A stretch of DNA of 63,398 nt, filler included, from Octopus bimaculoides (Eukaryota), in assembly GCF_001194135.2 (NCBI RefSeq). It is 6 parts of 6 records of this genome, joined end to end, with 100 filler letters (N's around TTAATTAATTAA, not from the genome) between each part and the next. Parts side by side here need not be neighbours in the genome. Positions count along the whole stretch, not along the records: positions 30,514 to 44,903 come from NC_068992.1; positions 45,004 to 51,096 come from NC_069006.1; positions 51,197 to 60,853 come from NC_068981.1; 3 more parts are not named here. One strand, 5' to 3'. Within the stretch, counting starts at the first letter, position 1. Every line of letters starts with the position of its first letter. The position numbers and the translations under genes were made by a program. Positions 42,045 through 51,451 of the stretch are shown here, one piece after another. The notes beneath the pieces were generated by a model. That model had not been told where the DNA came from. It saw nothing but the letters and a program-made list of their open reading frames with translations, and did not search any database.

Positions 42045-43931
42045 CTATATATATATATATATGTATATGTATGTATGTATGTATGTGTGTGTATGTATGC
42101 ATTTGTGTCTGTGTTTGACCCCCCCCACATTCGCTTGACAACCGATTTTGTTGTGTTTATATCCCCATAACTTAACGGTTCGGCATAAGAGACTGATAGA
42201 ATAAGTTCTAGGCTTTGAAAGAATAAGTCCTGTGATCGATTTGTTTGACTAATGGCGGTACTCCAGCATGGCTGCAGTCAAATGACTGAAACATAATAAA
42301 AGGAAAATATATGTCTATTGTTCTATTGTGTTAGCAGTGCTATTAGATTATTTGTTCAGGTTATCTCTACATCAAACACCTCAGATATGAAACGTCATAA
42401 CAAAATCAATGCTGGCTCTCATTTTTATAGTAAACCAGTAGAGATAACCATAACAAGTCACTTATCCTTGTTCTTCTTTTGCCATCACCCTTTCTTCTGT
42501 TTGCCCTTTTGATTATATTGCTTTGAATGAATAGAGGCAGCCTAGAATAATGAGGACATTTTGACTTTCAGAGTACAAGGCAACATCTCTAGTGTTGGTG
42601 CCATGATAAAATGCACCCAGTATTTTTTGTAAGGTGGTTGGTGTTAGGAAGGGCATCCCGTCTTAGAATTCTTGCCAAGAATGGAATGTACACACAAGAT
42701 GTGGTCCTCTGGCTTATATGGGAGGTCAGTTACTGAACCAGAACGGACTCAGACTCTGATGACCCATCCAACCCATTCCAGCATAGAAAACAGATGTAAG
42801 ATGATGATGATGATGATGATGTGTCTTCAACAACACCATAAAACATACCATCCTGTTTTTAAGATGTTAGGATTGTGATGTGAGGCACAACCTTGATCAT
42901 TGGACATTAGATAAAAACCAATTTGTTACTTTTTATTGTTGTTAGTCAACCCAGATTGAGCAGATCTAATTCAAAGGCATTCCAGCGATGAACTCTGTTA
43001 TTTTGAAGTCTGTATGTTTTGACTATATTGTCGAATGGCCCTTTCATGATTCAAGAGATATATTAGCTACTATTTTTAGCAGTTTGAACAACCATGTATT
43101 GGCTAGATATATTACAGTGATGGCTGTGATGTGTTGGTAGTGCTGATAGCGATGATGATGATGATGGTGGTGGTGGTGACGGCGTTGTTGTTGTTTCTTT
43201 ATATTTCTATGGAATACTCTTTCTGCAGACCTCCGACAAGACATGCTGGCGCTGCAAATTATCCAAATTGTTGACTCCATTTGGCAAGAAGAAGGTGTGG
43301 ATCTCAAGTAAGTTAACATTGAACCATTGGTTTATTGTACACCTATATATTGCTTAGCCCCTGACTGTTGTTTAACCTCAGTACAGCCATAATTCAACAA
43401 ATCCAGGATAAAAGACATTGCTTTTTTTAAGACAGTATGGTGTGATTTGAAGAGGAGACCCATCAAACCAAGTAAAATCACAGTTGTGGCAGATACCAGT
43501 GTTACACAAATGGCACCCATGCTGGGGGGCACATAAAAGCACCCATTATACTCTTTGAGTGCTTGGCATTAGGAAGGGCATCCAGGTGTAGAAACCATGC
43601 CGAATCAGACTGGAGTTTGGTGCAGCCTTCCAGCTTACCAGCCCTGGTCAAACCATCCAACCCATGCCAGCATGGACAACGGATGCTAAATGATAATGAT
43701 GATGTAATGAATTTTTTCATTGTATTTCATCCCATGTAACAAATTATTCTTTTTTTTCTGGTTTGTCTTTTCCAGAATGAACCCGTATGGTTGTCTGTGT
43801 ACTGGAGAAAACACTGGAATGATTGAGGTGGTTTCCAATGCTGAAACCATAGCTTCTATCCAACGCAAATATTATGGGACTGATAAATGTGTTTACGAAT
43901 GGCTGAAACAGCACAATACCACTGATGAAAA
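30686..43931 (+). CDS. Class IA phosphatidylinositol 3-kinase catalytic subunit p110 (PIK3CA/B/D family), partial: C2, helical and kinase N-lobe regions, 13 exons
   Basis: GT-AG exons with consistent phases: 30686-30846, 30952-31152, 31548-31680, 31980-32083, 34320-34373, 34808-34993, 35663-35784, 36376-36519, 38343-38514, 39008-39126, 41602-41717, 43229-43307, 43776-43931 (1747 nt, no stops). Motifs: [86 protein letters not shown]. Isoform not assignable by eye. Confidence 0.95.
31735..31870 (+). mobile_element. Family A SINE in a PI3K intron
   Basis: gagctggcaggactgttagc...gagttcaaattccgccaaggtcaactttgcctttcatcctttcggggccgataaattaagtaccag. Confidence 0.8.
32660..33072 (+). mobile_element. 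RTE-clade LINE 3' end (ORF C-terminus with C2H2-like finger, 3' UTR)
   Basis: [28 protein letters not shown]...[12 protein letters not shown]...[22 protein letters not shown], ending ggacggccatcat. Confidence 0.85.
33608..33912 (+). mobile_element. tRNA-derived SINE, family D
   Basis: A-box-like gtggttagagcg and B-box-like gagtttgattc, followed by cttgagcaagacactttatttcacgttgctccag... Confidence 0.7.
36625..36800 (-). mobile_element. RTE-type LINE/SINE 3' end with (ATG)n tail, family F (also 44653-44903; opposite strand at 35860-36120, 42585-42820, 43490-43705)
   Basis: catcatcatcgtttaacgtccgctttccatgctagcatgggttggacgatttgactgaggactgg is identical at 36639 and 44666; reverse-complement copies elsewhere. 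Confidence 0.75.
36860..37160 (+). mobile_element. Penelope-like element 3' fragment (GIY-YIG domain C-terminus plus hammerhead)
   Basis: [56 protein letters not shown] (one frameshift) fits the CxLC...LNxRxE...CxH pattern at the end of PLE ORFs, and a hammerhead fold follows. Confidence 0.8.
37087..37149 (+). ncRNA. Type I hammerhead ribozyme (PLE-associated)
   Basis: Stem I tgggat/atccca; core CUGACGA; stem II aca-ctgta/tatagatgt (one bulge); GAAA; short near-palindromic stem III ACCCAGGGT; GUA cleavage triplet at 37141-37143. Confidence 0.75.
39420..40200 (-). mobile_element. Decayed RTE-clade LINE RT/thumb fragment interrupted by a hAT MITE
   Basis: ...ETFCYLG|DILHGESG... rejoins across the MITE, followed by [25 protein letters not shown]. 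Confidence 0.75.
39733..40029. mobile_element. Non-autonomous hAT element (297 bp)
   Basis: Perfect 16-bp TIR CAGGGGTTTTCAAACT / AGTTTGAAAACCCCTG; 8-bp TSD TCCTAGGT at 39725-39732 and 40030-40037. Confidence 0.92.
40490..40642 (-). mobile_element. tRNA-derived SINE, family C (second copy 44418-44650, plus strand)
   Basis: Reverse complement matches tggcccagtggttagggcagc.gactc.cggtc...ttattgagcgaaaa..cctaaag.tccacga.gctc.ggcagg at 44420. Confidence 0.7.
41026..41365 (-). mobile_element. Short retroelement with tRNA-type head, (AAT)n spacer and hammerhead ribozyme; 13-bp TSD
   Basis: A box TGGCGTAGTGG (41261-41271), B box GAGTTCGATTC (41218-41228), hammerhead at 41078-41123, direct repeat TCCTAGTTTACAG at 41013-41025 and 41366-41378. 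Confidence 0.8.
41078..41123 (-). ncRNA. Minimal type I hammerhead ribozyme
   Basis: gacac CUGACGA a ggctg-gaggatatat-cagcc GAA ACGU U gtgtt: stem I, stem II, palindromic ACGU stem III. Confidence 0.75.
41870..42303 (+). mobile_element. tRNA-derived SINE, family B (CORE-like) with internal microsatellite; other copies 44170-44350, 46664-47030, 49060-49110, 62590-62712 (minus), tails at 26240-26400 and 32140-32310 (minus)
   Basis: gtggctgtgtggtaagaagcttgc...gggttcagtccc.actg.gtggcacctt.ggcaagtgtctt head/core; tail ...ctccagcatggc.gcagtc..atgactgaaac. CORE similarity is from memory. Confidence 0.8.
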
Positions 43932-44903
43932 GTAATTCCTACCATCAATATACTCTCTTTCATATTCTTTTGTTCTGGCATGTACCTGCACACACACACA
44001 GTCATACACACATGTACAGTCATGCATGTGTGATCACACACACACACTCACATGCATGCACAGGCAGTCGTACACATATGTGATCACACACACATGCGCA
44101 GTCACATACATTCACAATCACTTGCATGAAATCACACATGGAATGACCCAAACACATGTACAATCACACACATACAGACAGTGTGGCAAGAAGTTTGCTT
44201 CCCAACCTCATGATTCTGGGTTCAGTCCCACTGTGTGGCACCTTTGGGCAAGTGTCTTCTGCTATAGCCTCAAGCCAACCAAAGCCTTATAAGTGGATCT
44301 GGTCAATAGAAACTGAAAGAAACTTGCCATATGTACATACATACTGCATGTATGTATGTACATGGTTATAAATGAAGATATTAATTTAAGTAATGGGTAA
44401 TGAAAAAGTGGAAGTATAATGGCCCAGTGGTTAGGGCAGCAGACTCACGGTCGGAGGATCGCAGTTTCGATTCCCAGAGCGAGCGTTGTGTGTGTTTATT
44501 GAGCGAAAACACCTAAAGCTCCACGAGGCTCTGGCAGGGAGTGGTAGCGACCCCTGTTGTACTCTTTCGCCCCACCTTTCTCTCATTCTTTCTTCCAGTT
44601 TCTTGAGTAACGCTGCGACGGACAAGTGTCCCATCTAGCTGGTGGGGAACACATCATCATCATCATCATCATCGTTTAACGTCCGCTTTCCATGCTAGCA
44701 TGGGTTGGACGATTTGACTGAGGACTGGTGAAACCGGATGGCAACACCAGGCTCCAGTCTGATTTGGCAGAGTTTCTACAGCTGGATGCCCTTCCTAACG
44801 CCAACCACTCAGAGAGTGTAGTGGGTGCTTTTACGTGTCACCCGCACGAAAACGGCCACGCTCGAAATGGTGTCTTTTATGTGCCACCCGCACAAGCCAG
44901 TCC

Positions 44904-45003
44904 NNNNNNNNNNNNNNNNNNNNNNNNNNNNNNNNNNNNNNNNNNNNTTAATTAATTAANNNNNNNNNNNNNNNNNNNNNNNNNNNNNNNNNNNNNNNNN
45001 NNN
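44904..45003. other. Scaffold-join placeholder
   Basis: 44 N + TTAATTAATTAA + 44 N. Confidence 0.9.
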
Positions 45004-45152
45004 TTAGTATTCTCTTTTGTGAGGGTAAATGAGTTTATTTCAGATATTCCCATTTTTAGAATCATCTCTGGTTAATCGTTAAGAGGACGTTGGTGTTGCC
45101 TTGGCGGAGGCTTGCGCTCTCTGAGTGCTCTTATTATTATTATTATTATTAT

Positions 45153-45198
<46 letters not shown>

Positions 45199-45666
45199 TC
45201 CAGTGCAGATTAAATAAACAGGAACGTTAAATCTAAGTGAAAACGGAGGTTGAGATGTGAGGTCGGTTGTTCAAATTACAAGTGATTACAGAAAAATCAA
45301 AGCAAGCAAGAAAACATACATAAATTGTATATCTACACACACACACACACACACACATACATATATACACGCACACAAACACACACACACATATATATAT
45401 ATATACACACACACACATTGTCGTACGTATACATATCAGATATAAACAATCTTCTACTGACACTTTAATCGTATACAAACACAGGCATCAGCGCATAAAT
45501 ACCGCCACATATTAAGTAGCTATATACAATATGCACATGCACCCACATATACATATATGTACATAGACATACATATTTATACACAGACATACCTACATAC
45601 ATATGTACAAATGCATATCTGTGTGTATGTTCATATAACAATACCTACATACACATGTATATATCC

Positions 45667-45697
<31 letters not shown>

Positions 45698-45708
45698 CGC
45701 ACGCACAC

Positions 45709-45740
<32 letters not shown>

Positions 45741-46802
45741 ACAGACACATGTATATTAAAGATAGCTACGCAGAACNNNNNNNNNNNNNNNNNNNNNNNN
45801 NNNNNNNNNNNNNNNNNNNNNNNNNNNNNNNNNNNNNNNNNNNNNNNNNNNNNNNNNNNNNNNNNNNNNNNNNNNNNNNNNNNNNNNNNNNNNNNNNNNN
45901 NNNNNNNNNNNNNNNNNNNNNNNNNNNNNNNNNNNNNNNNNNNNNNNNNNNNNNNNNNNNNNNNNNNNNNNNNNNNNNNNNNNNNNNNNNNNNNNNNNNN
46001 NNNNNNNNNNNNNNNNNNNNNNNNNNNNNNNNNNNNNNNNNNNNNNNNNNNNNNNNNNNNNNNNNNNNNNNNNNNNNNNNNCTATGTATATGCGTTTATA
46101 CATACATGTTTCTGTGAGAGTGAGTGTGTGTAAGTATAGAACTTCCAACAGCATAACCCTCCTCCTCCTCCCCCTCCCCCCCCACTACCACAATACATCT
46201 TGCATACATCTACCCTATTATACCCATCCATCGCGTTCCTGTATAAACAATCTCTCTTTCAATATAACCGTGTTTCAATCAGCTTATGTTAATGGCTGCA
46301 GCTGTTTAGCAACAACAGTTTAGCAAACATGGACGAAGTCTACAACGGCTTCCGCCATTTTGTTTTACGTTAATACATATCGCTCTTTCTCTTCCTTTCT
46401 ATACATAAAATGCGATCTATGTGACTGCGTATGCTTTTATTGTATGTATGTGTGTGTGTATTTATATATTTATGTGTGTGTGTATGTATGTATATATATA
46501 TATAAATTTTTATGTATACATTTAAATATACTACTATAGATACACACACACACACACACACACACATTAATATATGTTTATACACACACACGTGTATTTT
46601 AATGTTTGTTATTGTGTTCAGTTATAATAAAAACAATTTTACATGAATCTGATAGGTGGCACAGACGTGGCTGTATGTTGAGAAGCTTACTTCCCAGGCA
46701 CATGGTTCCAGGTTCAGTCCCACTGCATGACACCTTGGGCAAGTGTCTGGCCAACCTAAGCCTCGTGGGTAGATTTGATAGAAAGAAACTGAATGAAACT
46801 CG

Positions 46803-46852
<50 letters not shown>

Positions 46853-47124
46853 ATGTATATATGTTGGTGTATTTACGTCCTTGTACCCTAGTGGTTCAGC
46901 AAAAGAAACCCATGGAATAAAGTACCAGGCTTTAAAAAGTAAGTACTGAGGTCGATACATTCGACTAAAATTATTCAAGGAGGTGCCCCACCATGGCCAC
47001 AGACTAACGACTGAAACAAGTAAAAAGGGTTAAAAACAAACAAAAACGATTAAATTTGATGTTTTATATTCGTGAGTCCAACTATATTAAGTATTGAAAT
47101 CCATGCTTCTGATGGCCGACAAAG

Positions 47125-47460
47125 CAGATTTTCGCGCGGAACATTTATCTACATGGGTTACGTCTGGTAGAAATCTTTATTGGAGTTGGTAGGTCTTTCG
47201 TCGCAGCCGTTTATTTTCTTCTGTTCTTCGACGATGTTTGCCAACTTGTTCAAATACCAAATCTTGATGATTTGACACCACGCTGTTTTCTCTTGGACAT
47301 ATCGCTCCCAGGATTTAGGGTCAATATTGATGCTCTCCATCGTCTGTGTTCTGTTGGTCATTGCAGTGTCGCGTGGGGCCCCGGTGTGGTCGAGCTCTTG
47401 CCTGTGCTGAATTCGTTGCGGAGGATTTGACGTGGCAATCTGGCTCTATTCATGCGGTGG
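47125..47460 (-). mobile_element. Decayed RTE LINE C-terminal fragment
   Basis: HRMNRARLPRQILRNEFSTG... and MESINIDPKSWERYVQEKTAWCQII match the RTE RLPxQIL.GEL / WE.A.DR..W region. Confidence 0.65.
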
Positions 47461-47618
47461 AGATATACTTTGTAGGGTATCGGACGGAAAATAAACACCA
47501 GATCCCTCTTTTATTTTACTTTTTTTGTCAGAAATAAACGTGATCCTTTAAGATCAAAACAAAACGAAATATAAACATTGCCTTGAGCAATACATATACA
47601 ACTCCTTAACTACTACTT

Positions 47619-47666
<48 letters not shown>

Positions 47667-48502
47667 AAATACATTTAAATCACTCATAGGGAGGGGAAAC
47701 TGCAACTTGAAACCTTGATGTTTCTATTTAGAAGCATCAAGAAATTTGGATAACCAGCTGTCATGTCTTAAAAAAATAAATTATGTAAAAAAAATAATGA
47801 TAATGAAAATAAAAAAAAGGCGACGGAAAAAGATGAAAATTCTTTAAATGTTAAAAAGAAGGAGGAGAAGGAGGAGGAGGACGAAAAGAAGAATTAGGAA
47901 GGGAGGAGGAGGAAAGGAGGAAGCTTGGAGGAAGAGAAGGGATGGAAGAAGATGAAGATGATGCTGATGATGGAAGAGTAAAGGAGGAAAAGAAGAAGAA
48001 GAAGAAGAAGAAGAGGAAATAAGTAAACCTACTTTGTGTCAGGCTTGAGAAAATAAACTTGGGGTATCTAAGACACCCTTTTATTTACCCGATTTACAGA
48101 CAACCTGAACGGTGGCGGTCGTGGTGGTGGGGTGGATCTGCTTCCTAATCTGAAAACTGGAAGCTCTCCCCCCCCTCAATACCTCCAGACCTATACCCAC
48201 AACTACACCTTTTCCACCAACCTCCCACACTCAGCGTTTTAACGCTTTCTTTCCCTTTCGTTTCGTTTCGTTTGCATTAAATATTTATTTACGGTTGTAA
48301 ACGGAGTCGAACTGGCAGTCGTGGGTGTTAAAACTAAGAAAAGAAAAAGAAAAACAAGAAACATAAAAAAAAAAATTGAAACAAGACTTAAAACAGGAAA
48401 AAAAAAAAACCAGGCTGTTTATCATGTTACATACTTTGCAGGGATGGGAGGAGAGGGATACATCCGAACAACAGTAACAACAACTGCTACTACTACTACT
48501 AT

Positions 48503-48562
<60 letters not shown>

Positions 48563-48729
48563 ATGAACGCAGGTATGGCATCATGAGCCTGTGATACTGG
48601 TGACACTGAATGCGAGGCGATTTCATTTGCTTTTACTCCGGTTATTCGTGGGGCTATGACCAATGCTAGATTGGCAACACTGCTAACAGCAGCCGCAGTC
48701 GTCAACACTGAAGTCTGCTACTGTTGTTG

Positions 48730-48990
48730 TTGTTATTGCTGCAGTCTCTCATCAAAGTTCCACCTCTTGCTTTCCTCTTCATCGCAGAAGGCCTTCACAT
48801 TGCTTGTGCCGCCACACGATTAGAAACCTGGCTATGGTTCGTTCTCCGCTCCTTTAATGCGGCACAACTTCAGAATACTAAACCAGCCTCTGGCTCTTGG
48901 ATCTGGTTGGTCACATATGTCAAATACTTAGGCGCCCCCCACCCCCGAACCAAGCGCTTTTTCATCTCACATGAACCTTGTTGCGTCCGG
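48730..48990 (-). mobile_element. Heavily decayed RTE-like 3' fragment
   Basis: LIVWRHKQCEGLLR* segment resembles the same RTE C-terminal region; multiple stops. Confidence 0.35.
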
Positions 48991-49204
48991 ACCCACCTCC
49001 ATTCCTCGTTTCTGCACTAATCGCTACGACTAGTCCTTCTGCCTCAAAACAACCATAGGCGTAGGTGTGGCTGTGTAGTAAGAAGTTTGCTTCCCAGGCA
49101 CATGTTTCCGGGAGCAATATCATTGGTATCTAACTAGAGCATTAAGCATGATTAAGAAATATGAAAAGAAAAACAGAAAGAAATAACAGAGTTCTTAACA
49201 CTTC

Positions 49205-49832
49205 ATATTGGCTTCAAATTTTAGCACAAAGCCAGCAATTTCGGGGGGTGGGGGAAACGGTTACATCGATATTAGTGTTCAACTGATTTCGACCCCGAAA
49301 GAATAAAAGACAATGTCGATTTCAGCGGAAATACCGCTAAACATTTCGTCCGGCGTGCTAACCATTTCGTCAGATCGTCGCCTTTTCATAATACCACACG
49401 TTCTTTTCTACTCTAGGCACAAGGCCCGAAATTTTTAGGGAGGGGGCCAGTCGCTTAGATTGACCCCAGTGCGTAACTAGTACTTAATTTATCGACCCCG
49501 AAAGGATGAAAGGCAAAGTTGACCTCAGTGCAATTTGAACTCAGAACATAAAGACAGACGAAATACCGCTAAGCTTTTCGCCCGGCGTGCTAACGTTTCT
49601 TATTTCTTTATTGCCCACAAGGGGCTAAACGTAGAAGGGACAAACAAGGACAGACAAAGGGATTAAGTCGATTACATCGACCCCAGTGCGTAACTGGTAC
49701 TTAATTTATCGACCCCCGAAAGGATGACAGGCAAAGTCGACCTCGGTGGAATTTGAACTCAGAACGTAACGGCAGACGAAATACCGATAGGCATTTCGCC
49801 CGGCGTGCTAACGTTTGTGCCAGCTCACCGCC
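49205..49832 (-). mobile_element. Head-to-tail cluster of three family A SINEs with different 3' tails
   Basis: Copies at about 49205-49385, 49404-49599 and 49600-49832 share head and core but end in different tails. Confidence 0.8.
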
Positions 49833-50082
49833 TTCCACAATACTACATATTGCCAACAAAATAGATGTGCTGCACAAGACACTATCATTTCTATAGAATA
49901 GCTCAAATAGAACAATCTTCACAGATAAGACATACCCTATGCAATAAGCACCTAATAGGCTAAAACAACACAGTTTACACAACATATGCAATACGAGATT
50001 AAGAGGCCCAACTAAATAACACAACCTAGATTATACACATAACACAGAACAGAATAAACATTAATATAACACGGAATAATCA

Positions 50083-50285
50083 GACGACGAGCGGGCAAAT
50101 CGTTAGCACGGACGAAATGCTTGGTAGTATTTTTCTGTTTTTGTTTTTGTTTTTTGATTCTTTACGTTCTGAGTTCAAATTCCGCTGAGGTCGATTTTGC
50201 CGTTCATCCTTTCAGGGTCGATAAATTAAGTATCTGTTGAAGACTGGGGTTGATGTAATTAACTTATCCTTCCCTTGTAATTGCT
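50083..50285 (+). mobile_element. Family A SINE
   Basis: gacgacgagcgggcaaatcgttagc...gagttcaaattccgctgaggtcgattttgccgttcatcctttcagggtcgataaattaagta. Confidence 0.75.
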
Positions 50286-50631
50286 GGCTTTGGGCTAAAA
50301 TTTGAAACCAGTATAAGAAACAAGAAAACAAATCCCTTAACAAGGCAAACTGGTGCAGTACACCAATAGGAGGAGTCTGCGCTCCTTCAATTCCTACATA
50401 AACAAGAACACAATGCTGCATACACCGTAGCGATATGGAAGGCACCAGGGGGTGCAGTAGAAACTTGCATGAAACTACTGAAGAAAATAAAACTAACGGT
50501 TTCAAATTCTGACAGGAGGCCTACAGATGAAAGGCAAAGTTGCATTCGGTTTGAATGCTGAATGTAAAGAGCGGAACGAATATCGCATTGGCAGTCATTT
50601 TGTTCAGCGTTCTAACGACTCTGACATTCCG

Positions 50632-51096
50632 CCGATGATGATGATGATGATGATGACGACGACGATGATGTTGATGATGATGATGATGCTTCTGTGAATG
50701 GTGATGATGCTTTAGATGATGATGCTTTAGATGATGATGACGATGATGGGGATGTTGTTGATGATGATGATATCGTTGATGATGAGGATGTCGATGATAA
50801 TGAGGAGGATGCCGCTGCGCTGCTGCTGCTTATGATGATGATGAAGATGGTGCTGTCGCTGATGACGATGACGACGTCGACGACGACGATGATGATTATG
50901 ACGATTATGATTATGTCGATGATGATTATGACGATGATGATTATGACGATGATGTTGATGATGATGGTGGTGATGTTAATAGTGATAACGTTGATGATGA
51001 TGATGAAATGTTGATAATAGTAGTTTCCAATTTAATAATAATGACGACGACGATGATGATGACGACGACGATGATGACGACGACGACGACGTGAAC
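50632..51096. repeat. Degenerate (GAT/GAC)n trinucleotide repeat
   Basis: About 460 bp of GAT-based units with GATGATTATGAC sub-repeats, running into a gap. Confidence 0.9.
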
Positions 51097-51196
51097 NNNN
51101 NNNNNNNNNNNNNNNNNNNNNNNNNNNNNNNNNNNNNNNNTTAATTAATTAANNNNNNNNNNNNNNNNNNNNNNNNNNNNNNNNNNNNNNNNNNNN
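51097..51196. other. Scaffold-join placeholder
   Basis: 44 N + TTAATTAATTAA + 44 N. Confidence 0.9.
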
Positions 51197-51412
51197 ATGA
51201 TGCGTACTGCCTTAATTCTTCGAAACCCCGGAGTTTTAATGGTGGCAGCTGATGAAGGGGATGTTTCTATGTGGCCTGCTTGTTTGTTGCACCTTGTTTA
51301 CCATTTTGTCCTTGTTCTTTTGCCACGTCATGTACTCAGTTATGTGTCTATATGTACATGTAGATGAACGTATATACATACATGTACATATATATGCATA
51401 TACTCATATATT

Positions 51413-51451
<39 letters not shown>

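Noticed and set aside
50632-51096. Asp-rich frame resembling acidic biomineralisation proteins
   Set aside because: Degenerate GAT repeat with a frame switch near 50820, no splice or start context, and similar trinucleotide tracts are everywhere in the window.
51197-51265. GAAAC...CUGAUGA in permuted order
   Set aside because: Stems I and III do not pair, so it is not a valid hammerhead fold.
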